Of a stretch of DNA of 64,000 nt, positions 22,259 through 35,896 are shown in pieces. The notes beneath the pieces are model-generated. The model searched no databases, was not told the origin of the DNA, and saw only the letters and a program-made list of their open reading frames with translations. Numbering within the stretch: position 1 is the first letter of the stretch; each line of letters begins with the position of its first letter. The stretch is from Phoronis australis (taxonomy: Eukaryota; Animalia; Phoronida). A program made the position numbers and the translations under genes. The stretch spans positions 149,058 through 213,057 of the forward strand of contig NMRA01000372.1 of assembly GCA_002633005.1 (NCBI GenBank). The letters are read 5' to 3'.

Positions 22259-24727
22259 GCTACGCCTATTGCGTTTTCCTGGTAGCGAGAAAGCAGCAGT
22301 GCCCTGTGTGTCGCTTACTGTTCGCCAGTTCATGGACTACATGTACACGAAGTCTGCCTTTGTACACCTACATCTATTCCAAAGATTCTGAGTTTAACAC
22401 AATATACCTTCTTTAGTTTTGAGTTTGTAGGTGTCACATACTTTTATGTGTATGCATGAAGTCGAGTATTGATTTTTCGCGCCAAGTTGTCCTTCCCGTC
22501 AACTTCTGACGAAGGAGTTTATTGTGCGCACATTACGGCGCCGAAAGCATATACTGCCGGGGGACAGGAGCGGGTAACTACGAAGATGCCTCGTTTTGAA
22601 ATCGAATCCCCAGTGTAGAGCTCTTAGGTTTGTTCAGTTAAAAGCGTTTGGTAAACAACACTAATCTCGGTTTCAGCTTGAAAGTCTGGTAAAATTATTA
22701 GTCAAACAGCAGTAGAACAAATGACCTCAAAGGTCACCGGCGTTGTAGCTCATCTGACATGAGAAAGCCAGGGAGGTCTAACACCGTTAATCTCTCCCAG
22801 AACATGTTGTACAAGACATATGTAACGCTGAATTGTTCGTGCACTTGTGTACAACGCGCCACTTCCCTGTTCCTTTATTAGAACTTTACGTTTAGATGAA
22901 CGGTCAATACAATTTATAAGCGGATTTCGCTGATGGATAAGTGCGAATTGTTCAGACGAGGATCATCATAGAGGTACTGAATGCGAGCGGAGAATATATA
23001 TCAGCTAATGCAAGGAATTTTCTAACGGAAGGTCCAATCTGTGAATTAGAGCATTTAAATCACGTGTGCCGACCGCTGCGCAGTGGTAAGTTAACTTTCT
23101 TTATGTTCAACGGTGGAGTTTCATTGCTGTAATTTGTATCGTATTCGCTGCTAACGCACCCAGTATTAAGTGGGGGACCGTGAGGTTGCATGACCCCAAT
23201 AAATTGAAATCGGGTGACTGGAAAACCTTCTTGGCCGGGCAGGGGTACCCGAGAAAAATTAGACACGATAATACAGGGATGTACACCACATCCTATACAA
23301 GGGAATTAAAAACTATTTAAACAACGACTGTCAGCTACCTGTGCTGGGCACGATTTTTGCAGGAGGATATTTATTGTTGGTGGGCCCCAGTGTTTAAGTG
23401 TTGTAAAGAATGAGTCGTCGACAAAGCGAAATCCTCATAAGTAATTTCAGTTGAAAACTATCCGAGAACATTTTTAAGCACAACTTTTCTAGAACAAATT
23501 GATTCAGACTATGTATATTCCTGGGTTCCATTTAAATGATGATAATATTAAATAAAGATTCCTTTTGCGATCGAAAAGGCGTACCTTGAGGTAGTCAAGG
23601 TACATTATACAACCGTCTGGTCCGGTATTTCTCACGGACTTGACTAGTCATCACCAGGTGCGCCCTCTTTCGTTTTAGAATATAAGAATGAAAACAAGGG
23701 GATTCCCTATTGTCGGAAGGTATCCCGTAGCATATCCTAGTACACCGGAGGGATATCAAATCCGTGATTTCTGTTCAGACTCGTCTCTGGACTCGAATGT
23801 CAATAGTCCCCCGTATCCTACGCTTCTACTTCTCTGGTTGAAACCGTGGCCTTGATCAGAAACATAGTGATCGATGTACATCCCTTGGCTGGCATGTTCT
23901 TGAATAGCAGTAACGGGTCTGAGGTTGGGACGGCGATGGTCCTTAACTGTGGTCGATAACCATACTTGTATTCGTAGAGTACAGCACACTTCTTGATGGG
24001 GGGGGGGGTGACACATCTTTCACTAATGGGTCCGTCCAGTGAGTCTTCGACACCTTGAATAAGTTATTTCACCTCGGTGCAAAAAATGCCGTTCTAATCC
24101 CGAACCCCCTCGCCACGGGTCGGTGCCATGCATCCTCAGTCTAATGACATTTTTGCATCCGCGGCTGTGTCTCCTAAGCCTTGAAAGATCTTTTGGGAAC
24201 TTGGCAAGTATCTTCCTACTAACTTTGACAAATGATGGACGGACCCGACTATCAAATGGGACTATGTTTCACGTTTGCTTTTCTCTGTTTTAAGTTCCTT
24301 GGCGCATTTTCATAAAATATGGTAAATAGTTTTCTCTTAAGGAGAGCACGATGTGTTCTCAACATTCCTGACGGAGTCGACGTATTCTGCGCCATCCACG
24401 TCATCATCTTCATCATTATCATCACCGTCATCACCCTTGTAATCAGCAACATCAATGTCGTCATCATCGTCAGCAAGAATATTATTGCTATCGTTAGTTA
24501 TTACAGCACTCTAATATCACTCGGTTTTGTTTAAACGCTTCTCGTAATATCTTGCATACGGCGAGGGCACCTACAAAGGCGTTACTGCGAAACACTGTCA
24601 ATGTAATCATAACCGATCAGTATCCCTCCGCAGAGAATGCTTTGGAAGCCTATAAGACATAATTACATCGACATGGCAATTTGAGGTCTCTCAGAGAAGT
24701 CTTATTGGAACAGCTACTACCAATTAT

Positions 24728-24935
24728 ACTGTGTAAAAACTGTGTTTAAACATAAATGTGCCATATGTAACTCGGTTAACTGTGGTTCAAAATTAAGACG
24801 ATCGCTTGCATCAAAACTTGGGGAAAACATTCTCACTGTGTAAAAACTGTGTTTAAACATAAATGTGCCATATGTAACTCGGTTAACTGTGGTTTAAAAT
24901 TAACGCGATCGCTTGCATCAAAACTTGTGGGAAAT
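24728..24935. repeat. Tandem duplication, 107-bp unit x2
   Basis: ACTGTGTAAAAACTGTGTTTAAACATAAATGTGCC... starts at 24728 and again at 24835. Confidence 0.9.
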
Positions 24936-25827
24936 ATCCAAGAGACCGAAATACATGCAAAATCAACAAGTGAGTGAATTTATGTTTTACATGCATACAT
25001 ATATGTACATGCGCGTGGAGTCAGAAATCAATTTAAAACAACCTTTATTCAATTCTAGCCAACTTGATCGTTTACATGTTCTCATAACTTGAATGTTCAA
25101 ATTTGCGTCGTGCACGTACAAACTGTGCATTACAAGCAAAAGCCATCGAATGTACATTTACATCAATACTTGTTTGTTCGGTGTCGTTGCTAAGAAACCT
25201 CACAGCAGCGTATTACGAACCTCGCAGTGGGGAATACAGAACACCCTTTTAGACCATGTCGTTTTCCTTTATAAATGGAGGTTTCACTTGCAAGATATCT
25301 GCAGTGTTCAATTCTCGATGGTGAGTCAGCTGCAGCTGGCTTCATGACAACCCTAGATTGCAACCAATTCGTGGTCAAACATTTGGAGGGAATTTGCTTT
25401 CAGAGCCTGATGTTTTCTATGTTGGGCATTGGCAAAAATATTGGTTTTGGTGTCCGGTTTTTAGGGGGTAAGAGCAAAATTTTGTTTCATTGATCACGAG
25501 TGGTGTTTTGTGGTGAAATAGGGTACGATTTTCCATTCACTGCATGCCGCTTTTTACATATTGGAGAAAGTTGGGACTTCTGTTCTCGCGCTAAAGTGGT
25601 ATCCTATGGAGAGTGTGCAGACTCACTAGGTGGCGCTAATACACGGTCAAACGTACTTCAGCCTCGGTACTTCAGAGGTCGTAAGGGTAAGTACACAGAT
25701 TGTATTTATGGAGCACATTTGAGTGGAATCTATTTGAGGGGAATATTCTGGTTGAATAGTCCTCAAAAAGCAAAATTAATCCAACTGCGTACTCATGTCT
25801 CCACACCGGTTGCTATAATACGCCTAA

Positions 25828-25915
25828 TACCTGTAATACATATTTAGATCGGCGATACCTGTACTACATACATGTAGATCAGTGATACCTGTAAAACATA
25901 TTTAGATCAGCGATA
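25828..25915. repeat. Minisatellite, ~28-30-bp unit x3
   Basis: ATACCTGTA..ACATA..TAGATC.G.G occurs three times in tandem. Confidence 0.8.
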
Positions 25916-28900
25916 CAAGCCTACTTGAGAAATAATATGACAGAGGGGCCACAATGTAGAAACAAGTCACTCAATTATGGGTCCAAATAAGCACCCTGGA
26001 CGGTGCATACGGAAAAAGAAGTAGTCCGAGGGAAAAGAATTTTATTCATGATGCATGATCATGAGAATACTGATGAGGTGTGTGAAAAAACGAGAGTGGG
26101 TTAACCTCGTCGCATCTCTTTTGTTGAAATGGTCCGGCGTAATGCGAATACTGATGAAAACAACTTATTTAAAATGCATGCGCATTGTTCTTTAGTCACG
26201 ATATCCTGTTTTCAAAATAAACAAAATTTTCATGTTCATGAGTTTTATTCTATTGTAAACCTCCAAACTCATACGACTAAAAATCCCTTTATGACTGCAA
26301 GGATCCCTTTGTGTTCATCATACTTGACGACGTTGCCATTAGTTACATGTGAGACCCATCCCATTACTTTACTGACAAATTAAGAGTCACAGCAACACCG
26401 TTTTCATTGTGGATGACCATGTAAACGTTTCACTTATTTTTCTTTGGTTGGAACGGGTCATCGATTTTCTCACAGAAGAAAATTTAGAATTCTCATCAGC
26501 AGATGATTAGTTAACTTTTGTTTGCTGTACACGTAATTTTTTCTGTTGGCTACGCATATACAGTAACTCGTGATCGTGAAGAACAAACGACGACGCTCAT
26601 TTAAACGGATACCAAACCCGGTTTAGGCCTTAATTCACAGACACTAAACCGACTTTCCTATCCAGTTCTCTGAAACAACGTCAACAACCCCCAAACGTCT
26701 TGAGGAGAATTTGAAAACTCCTTTCAAAGTCTGCTAAACGGGCAAGCTTGACCTAAGCTTTTAGCGAATTACACGGCAACTGTGGGAAAAGACCACCCAA
26801 CATGGAGTATGAGATTTTAGTTGGTTCGCGCTTTCAGCTTTCATGATTGACGTCTAGTTTGAAATTGCTTTAAAAATGACCTCCCTTCGCATGAGATGCT
26901 ATCGAAAATAAGACTTTTGTGATTTTCATGAAAAAATTGCGTGAAATAAAAGCAAAAAAGATATTTTAGAAAACTCTAAATGCGTTTTGGAGACATCATA
27001 TTGAGCACTTACATCAAATAAAACTTATTAATATTATTGATATCGTTGTTTTGTTATCTACATGTATGTACCTTTGCTTTTTACAAAATTTCTTTAAAAC
27101 GGCATTGCCACGTGACCCAATTTACAGTAGAATAGTAAAAGGTCAACAATGAACTTTTACAAGCTATTTACTTTTAGAAATACATTCTTCTACTGATTTA
27201 GAATATATAATTTTATAGATATTTGGCTAAATCCGCAGACCCGTCAATGAGATCACGTGACCTTTATCAGTGTTGCTTCCCAGTACAGCTGTTGCATTCG
27301 TCAGTTGAGTTTGCAAACATGGGAAACACCGGGCAGTTTGTAGTCGGAACTCATGTGAAAGAGCTTGGTCGTAACCCGCAATGCATTTAACATGGCGTTG
27401 GTGCCAGGTCTGTAGGAATGGGACCTCAACCACCTTTGTAATCCGAGACTCGACGACTTCAAAACAGAATGGATAATAACGAGTCAATCCCGTATATAAT
27501 GGTTATATTTGTATATTTGCGAATCGAGTCGAGAGTAAAATATGACGGTTAAGAGCTCAGTTCTTCGTCGGTCAAGAAGTAAGCCATTTTTCGATTTTTG
27601 ACGGAGCGCACACCGACCATTGCACTTTTTCAACACTTGGACGTTTGATTTCGTTCGTACAGCCATTTGATTCGATTTTAAGTTTGATACGTGGCTCTGG
27701 TGATGTTCCCTTGGTGGACCCACCAATGATTACTTATGCTTATACATGTATATATGTATTTCCTTCGATCCATTTCACTCAACCGTAAACACGCAAACTC
27801 GTAGGCGTTGTACACGTTATAATTCTATGCAAACGACCATTTGATGATAGGTTTGCAAGACTATATGCCGACAGATAATAGTTTACACTAAACTCCGCTT
27901 ACTCAATACCAGGTCGGCTAAATTATACCTGCATTGCGAATCAATTTTGCGCAATCACGAACTATTATGCTGAATATGTATAGATACTGTTGCCAGGGAG
28001 ACGTCGGTGTCACGGTCTCTACAGCTGCCGTGAGGTATTTTCGTAGTCTCGAGTGCATGCATGATTTACGAACGTGTATGTTAGGAGCGTACTATTCTGA
28101 CGGTTGAAACATTGCCATTGAATGAAAAGTGTCAACGGCCGTACTCAGTGGACCCTGAGTTGCATACAACATTCTGCAGGTAGTTTTACTTGTACTTTGC
28201 AATCAAGTCTACATTTTTCTCGCAAGGCTACTTATTAAGTATTGATTATTCATTACCCAAAAAGTTACTACGTAAAGCTGCAGTTGGTCGCCCGTAAAAT
28301 CGGTCTCATAACATTCCTTATCGTGATGGTATTCTATTTCCAATGCCGACTCGAGTTACAGGCGATGAACCACTTTCGAATTTGAAATCTCGGGTTAGGA
28401 AACCCCGAGAAACTCTGAAGTGTTGTCTTGAACCGCTTATATAGAATCCTATCAAGCGGGTATGAGAAAACACGAAACCGAATTTAAATGGTGAGAGTAG
28501 AAGGCCCTAATTCGATATTCGTTTTTAGTCAATTAAGGACGAAGAAATGCATCTTAGAAGATGTACATTTTCTGTTAACAAATTTTGGAATCAAGCAGTC
28601 ATACATGACTTGTTGATGGGTATAGGACATTAGCCACTCACGAAATAAGGAAACCCGTGGCTCCAAGGCAACGAATGAGGCAATCAAGTTTTTTTGAGCC
28701 ACTGTGGAAGTTCATGAACATGGGCAACGGCTACGTTAGTTGGGATTTTTTGAGTTTTGCACTGCGAGTGAAGGCTATGATTGGCATTTGCTCGACTTAA
28801 GTTGAGCAGGTTCTGAGGGGTAGAATGATAACAGTGGTTGTTGGCTCTTTGCTCTTTGCCCCGTGTTTGCATGCTCAGTCATGTCGCGGCTTTCATGCGA

Positions 28901-31900
28901 TTTCCACGATCTGGAAGGTTTTGCAGTTTGTAGCCACTGCCTGTAAATCCAGAGTAATCGCGAACGAGTTGTGGATTCCGAGTGAAAAACACCGGCGGGT
29001 GCACTTGCTGTGAGTCGTGAAATATGGACGAGTTTACTTTGAAATGGGTTTTATTTGAATTTTTGAAAGATCTGTTAAGTATTTGGCCACACCTGTTGGG
29101 CCGTGTTTTATAAGCCCAAAGTCATCAACAAAAAACTGTTGAACGTTGTGACAGGTGGCAGCTCTCAGTTATCGTATTTGTTCCTAATTGCATTGCCAAA
29201 GTCAAGTAAATTCATGCGGTCTAACGACACTGTCAGGTGTCATCTAGCGGCTAAAAGGTATGATTTTGCTACGGGGACATTTTAAAGTGAAACAGTGATG
29301 TTAGGGGTTTTTGCTGGTTTAAACTCCCGTAAGGATATCTATGCGGGGGCACGATGCTGCTTTTTTGGGATTTTCTGCCAAACAGCGCCCAGTGCTACAA
29401 ATCTTTTCTCTCAAAGTTTTGAGTCAATTTCAATGGATAACTTAACATTCTTTCCAGAATTTTGTTCAATGGATCACTGCGTCTCCGACATTCGTAAACA
29501 CTCAAAACGGTTATACAGTGTGGATGAGTATTTTCGTGTTTAGCCAGGTGCGGTCGGATTCAGTTATTATTACAGAATTATGAATGTTAGGAGTATCGGT
29601 GGTAGCCACTGGCCTTATAAAGCCATAAATTTACAACTTTACAATGGCAATCACGGCCATTAAATACACGCACAGTAATAGTGCGTATGTGATATAGAGA
29701 TAAATAAATTAGCAATTAAACCTCTTGCAATAAACGTTTTTTTACTTTCATTGCCAAAAATATACTTTGCCTCCTGATTTAAGACTAAGGTTTTATTTGA
29801 TCACAGAACAGTGTTCCTCTGTTCAGGACTACAATCTTCCCTAAAAGATTTCGGTAATATTCATTGCCTAAGGCTTTGCATCATTTCACAACAATAGAGA
29901 AAACGGAACTCGTCTTCCATCTCACTGTTTAGACACAATTCACAATATCTGTGTTCGCTCAGAACAGCTGATCCCTACCCTTTCTGCCATTGAACCTGGT
30001 GTTCCAACGTACATGTACATGCATATGTACGGAATTGAGACAGTGTTATTATGCAGGATTTTTGATGTTAATCACGTCTAGATAATTTTAGAAAACTAAG
30101 CCATTCTTTATCACTTTGTATAGGGAGATCTTTGAATAGTATTCGACTGTTTCCCACGTATCATACTCAGCTAAGTTAAACAGTCTTTCTTTCGTATTGC
30201 TTTAAAATTTCACCTGATTTGTGATTAATTGGTTTGTCAACTCTTCTCGAAAATTCAGTTTTTCTAAAAGTATTTTCGCTTTCAATGCTCAACTGTCTAT
30301 ATCTCGTTCTGCTAGCTCGTATTGTTTATCATACACTTTTGTCATTCAGTGTATACCTATATGGATCAACATTATTTAATTTGAGCCACTATTTAACTTA
30401 CAAATCTTAAACTGGCTCCGTCAAACTCTGCTTGTACTGCAGTGGCTGAAGTACACTGGAACGAACAAATTTGTGATGAAGAATTTTGTGGGAAGAAACT
30501 AATGTAAGTCCATACGTTCTATCAGTTCTAGTCACACAGGGGTCCCGAGTTATCCGAATCAGTTTTCTCCCCTGAATAACTGGCAACAAACTGGTTCTCA
30601 AAATCCTGGACCCCTGCACGTGACTATTGACCGTTCTTTGATATGTGCTTATGTTCATATGCCAACGACCGCTGGTAGATCGTAACATATCGACATTTTT
30701 TTAACGCTCAAGACCCGTATTCCCGGCCTTAAGATGGAATAATTCATTACCATAGGCTTTCCAGTTCGCTATATATGCAGTTCAACACAAAAAACGAATT
30801 TCAATGAAAACTAGTTGAGTCAAAACTCATTCCCAACCGACTCTCTGTTAACGCGACATCGATTTAAGGGGGTTTGACGTAGAATTAATTTATCGTTGCA
30901 TTTTTTGATTTTCATGTTTTTATTTAGTCTTTCCCTATAACTATGAATTTGCAAAACAATGCGAGTTACCGAATTAGTTTCTCCGTTATAAGCGCCTAAC
31001 ACCAAAGGCCCCACCTGCAAGAATGTAAAGTTTACATATTACCGAAAAGCCACGTCTAAATTAACAATCGAAATCTTTTTGAAAACGGATTATTTTTTGT
31101 TGTGCCATATCAGTTTTATGTTTTAACGACTTCACATTTTCCGGGTTACTGATTTTCCTACGTCGGCGTAAGTCTGTAGATTAAACCATTTTTCTGGGTT
31201 TTGGTACCTCGGTGTTCTGGCTTCTACCGATATTTTCCTTTTACGTTGTTTTATTTTCATGTCCTTAATACTTCCATGAAATAAGAATGCGAACTAAGTT
31301 GGCCTTCTCATAAACGCGTCTATTTCGTGCTCGGGGGGCTCAAACGAGCACCCCATTTGACGAAGGGGGCAAAAAGGTCCGGATCAGGGAAACAAAAACT
31401 CCTAGAAAGTATAAAACGAGACGAAAGTCCACTAAAAAGGCAGGAACTATCAAAAATCGGCGAACGCACAATTCATAGCTCTGAACTTACTCCGTGAATT
31501 TTCGTAAAAGGTCCACAGCCCTCAAAAATTCGAGCCTCCCAATTTTTTAAGCTGGGTGCGCGGATGTATTTCAAGATCATGATGGCCACTAGATGGCGAT
31601 TGACATTTTTGTTGTTGATGAGAACAGTCAGTCTAATGTAAGAAGATTCTTTTTTAACACATTCATTAATATGGCGTCATTAATAGCGCGCACTATTATC
31701 AGACGCCAAAATGACAAAAAACAACGCAAATCGAACATTGTTAAAATTAAATAATCTTTCATTTAAAATAAAAACATGTTCAAATATTTTATTATTTAAG
31801 GTAATCAACGTCTTAAAACGACAGCTTTGGGTTTTTTGTCAACAAACTGTGTAGAACCTCTTTAAGACCCAAATGCATGCTAGTAGGCTACTCGGCGAAA

Positions 31901-32809
31901 TGTCTCTGTTTTTATTGATATCGTTCGACTATTGAGAATCATTCTTTGAATCCTGCACTGCTAAAATTGACGAAAATGCAACCTTAACTCGTTCACTAAC
32001 TAATCTTAAACGAACGGCTCGCACCGTCGTTCGTTTTTCCTTCCTTTTCGTTCACTTATGAAATGAACTTTACCATGTGCTGCTCATCAGCAAGGCAACT
32101 TGTTGGTTATCGCTGACTAATAAATCTAATTTAGACCAAACAGACCCGGAGGAGTTTGTATAAGTTTTGGCGATAGAGTAGGGCTGGGACAGGAGAATTG
32201 GTCGGGATTGTATTTTCTAGAAAATAACACAGCAGTACATTTCGCGGGTGGTGTTTTGCTTCGAGATTTCGCCTAGTAGTAATCCATAAGCAAAACGCTC
32301 CCGGGCAGCCTGGAGAGAGTTGAGGACTCCCCCCGGAGTGCTGAGATATGTGTAGGCATACATTGTACAGTAAATGGTTAACATCTGCTCAGCCATTCAC
32401 TAGATATTTCACTGATGTGTGGACATGCCATGTAGCTCTTCATCCATCCGCTCTTACTAGCGTATGGTCAAAACGCGCCAACCCGCCGAATCGACATTGG
32501 GTTCATAGGCAGGCTGTGTGTGGTTGGATTGTAAAACAAAGCCACAAAATCAGAGGAACTTTAGAAAACAGGATCTACTATATATGTGGTACATGTAGGT
32601 AAGGAAATGCCAATAGGCAAATAGTGGATGAAAATGTAGTCATAGTTACAAGTTAGAAGAGAAATATGTGCGCTCTAATATGTGGAAAGTTATGAATTAT
32701 TCAATTTTTTGGAAGCTGTAGTATTCAGTGTTGATAATGTGAGCGGTAAATTTTGCGATTCTCCGAAAATGCTTTTAGCCGCTGGATTGTACGTCTTGGG
32801 TACAGGTTA

Positions 32810-32923
32810 ATTAGGGTTATGGTTAGGGTCGGGGCTGGGGTAAGGGTTACGGTTAAGTGTTGGGTTGGGGTTAGGGTTAGGGTCGGGGTTAGGGTTAGGG
32901 TTAGGATTGGGGTTAAGGTTAGG
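32810..32923 (+). repeat. Degenerate interstitial (TTAGGG)n telomere-like array
   Basis: Hexamer-periodic GGTTAG/GGGTTA/GGGTCG units over ~110 bp. Confidence 0.8.
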
Positions 32924-35742
32924 CAACTGAGATTTCAAAACACCTGCATTTCTTACTTGATACGAAAGTAGTGCATATATTGACGAGTGCAAATGTACTG
33001 CCAGGAAGCGAACATATCCAATGATTTCGAGTTTTGACACCCAGTCATTCATCTATACGGGCGTGAATGGTCAACTGACAGAAAAGTTCATTAAAATACG
33101 TGAGACTGACGACTCAAATGTTGCTACAAACAAGACTTTATATCTGACTGAGGTAATTTATACGTAATCGATGCCTTTGTAATTTACTAAAGTAGCATTG
33201 TCTTACTGAACACGCCGTCACGGTACTTGATACATTAAAAATGCTTCAGGGAATTTTCCCCGGCCAAACACTGTGGACATATACAGTAAGTGCCCGTGCG
33301 TTTTCGGAAGAGTTAACGTGAAGGCCCACGTACTTGTTTTTGGAGGTGCAATTATGTGTCGTTTCCAGAAGCCAGGGGGGGAGGGGGGTGGCGGGCTTCA
33401 TCAGAAATTTTCGGCTACGGGCAAGTTGCATAGATAATACCTTCGACGAAAAACTATGTCTTGATAACGATCCAAGAAATACCCGACGTGAGCAATAATT
33501 GCAACACGTGACAGGTTCAAGGTTTCGCCAACAGTCTGGTATGCCATACATACATGTATTTATTCATTCTCAATTATGGCAAAACGACTCTCCTGAGTAC
33601 GATTTCATGAATTTCGCTGTTCCAGTGAGGTTTTGTTTGTTTAGTGAAGAGCAGAGAATGTGCGTGCGTTGGTTTAGAATATCATGTAAATTCTTGCACC
33701 GACGCATCAAACACATCCTTGTTTTGAGACGACGAAACTGATGCCGGCAGCTCCGTTTTTCCCATTGATTTATTAACAAATGAAACGGTGATGTTGAATA
33801 CAATTGAAGCCGTTGTGGTTTTTATCGATCGACGTGACGTTACTATGAATGGATACTAGACAGCGCGGACAAGGAACAAATGGCGTTTATTTTTCATTTA
33901 TAGTTTCCAAATCAATAGCCTATGAAACGGTGTTTGATCACGACTGTGGAACACACAGGTCCCTGTGTTATTACGTGAATCTCTGACTTGCAGACGAGGC
34001 GCCTGCTGGCTGCCAGTAAGCAGTGCTTGTTCGCCACCCGATCTCCGCTGTACTGTATACATGGACACGGCTTCCTATACCTGGCAGGGGTCAGACATTG
34101 ACGACTTCTGTGTAGACTGACGGCGTATTGAAAATGGTGAGTGAAAAATCTCGGTTGTATGAGCTTGTGTTTTTCAAATGTGTATAACCGGAAGGGTCAG
34201 CCGTATATAACAGTTCCACTTTTAGACTTCATCAGGTCCTGCCTGACTGGCGTGTTAGTTATTTGTAGTCCCCAAGCAAGCGCAGTCGTTTCGGCGAAAG
34301 GGTATAAATTCCGCAGAATTTTTGTAAAATGGATAACTACTATCTTCTGTGACCATATGTAGCAGTCCAAGTTTTATGGTTAAGGTTAGTCTAAATGTTA
34401 AGAAGTGAAGTGAGGCTACGTTTCGCCAAGCGCTTGAGTTTAGCCAACGTATAGCCCCGGTGTGGGCGGAGTATCACTGACGCGCGTCTGACACCTTGCT
34501 CACCAGGGCTCATGCTGGGTAGCTTCATCGGTTCAAACGCGCGTGACAAGTCACCCTGGACGATTGTCACAAAACCTGTTGATCGTCGAATTAGTGGTCC
34601 TTCAAACTATGTGTACTGAAGGCGACTAAACGTTAGTTAGAGCGACGTGATTGCAATGATAGGATCACCCGTATCTTTGCTTGTTGCTCCGTTTCACAAT
34701 TGTAATGACCAAACACAAACATTGGGGATGTTATTTAGAATTTTGCTACACTGACATCAAGTCGGTGGATCAGCTGGATACTAGCAGAGCTCTTCTGCTT
34801 GGAGGATCTGACGCGCACAGATCAGACTTTCTTCCTACCGCGAGACTATCGCCCTCCAAATTACCTTCAACTTTTAGTAAAAACAACGGATAAAACTTTG
34901 ATTTTTTACCACACGTGCAAGTGAAATCCGTCTTTATCACCAACCTGGCGTGGTTTAGTAGTAGTAGTAGTTTTAAGATATCATTTATTAACGTTTTGTT
35001 TCGACTGTCATCCATTATGCGCGTTATACCCGCATGAATGGGAACACTCCATTCTGAAGAGGGTGCATTACTGGCAAACTATAGGTTAACCAGACGTGCG
35101 TTCAGTAGCGCCAGGGCCTACGCTAGGATCTAGCTAAAATCTAGCCAAAGTCACGTGCTCTCATTTAAAATACACGGAAATATCTCACGTGCTCTCATTT
35201 AAAATACACGGAAATATCTCACGTGATCTCGTGAAGCCGTCTCAATTGAAAGGGACCCCTGTTTCGGGAGATTCAATGGGAGGACACCCTTTAGTAGCGA
35301 ATACGCATGTATTTCAGTGCAAAATTCTTTGTTGGAGGCTTCAAATGGCTTTCTATAGAACAAAAAGTCAATTCGTAAGCTTGTGGAGGCACCAAGATCT
35401 AGCCATATATATCGAATTTAAGAAACACATGCATGGGTAGAAATCTGTTGCTAAACTGGATCCTTTTGCCGGTAGGGTTCTGGCTAAAAAAAGAAAAGGT
35501 ACAGGTGGCCTGATGCCTTTTGCGGTACATCAGGCGTGTTTAGGCTACATTAATTAAAAGTCCGGCCCGTTACACTAGTCACCTGATAATGACTCATGAG
35601 AACACCACCGGATTTCTCATGGGTAAAATCTTCCAATCTGCCTGTTTGTTTCAGCCTGTATGAACTAGCAGCGTTAACCAGGCAGGTTATGTGTCCAGCA
35701 AGGAGTAGATTTACGGTGTCTATTGTAGGCAGGGCAAATTTC

Positions 35743-35896
35743 CAGTGGCGGATTTAGGGGGCCAATGGTGCCATGGCCCCCATAAAATTCTCCCCAATTT
35801 TCATTTGGCAATTCAGTAGTGCGAATGTCTGATGGGTAAAATCCTGACCAATACTCTGCCCTGCCTCCCCAACTCAAAACCCTGGATCAGCCTCTG
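35743..35896. mobile_element. hAT-like MITE
   Basis: CAGTGGCGGATTTAGGGG start and CCTGGATCAGCCTCTG end; flanks AATTTC / AATCTC form a possible degenerate TSD. Confidence 0.6.
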
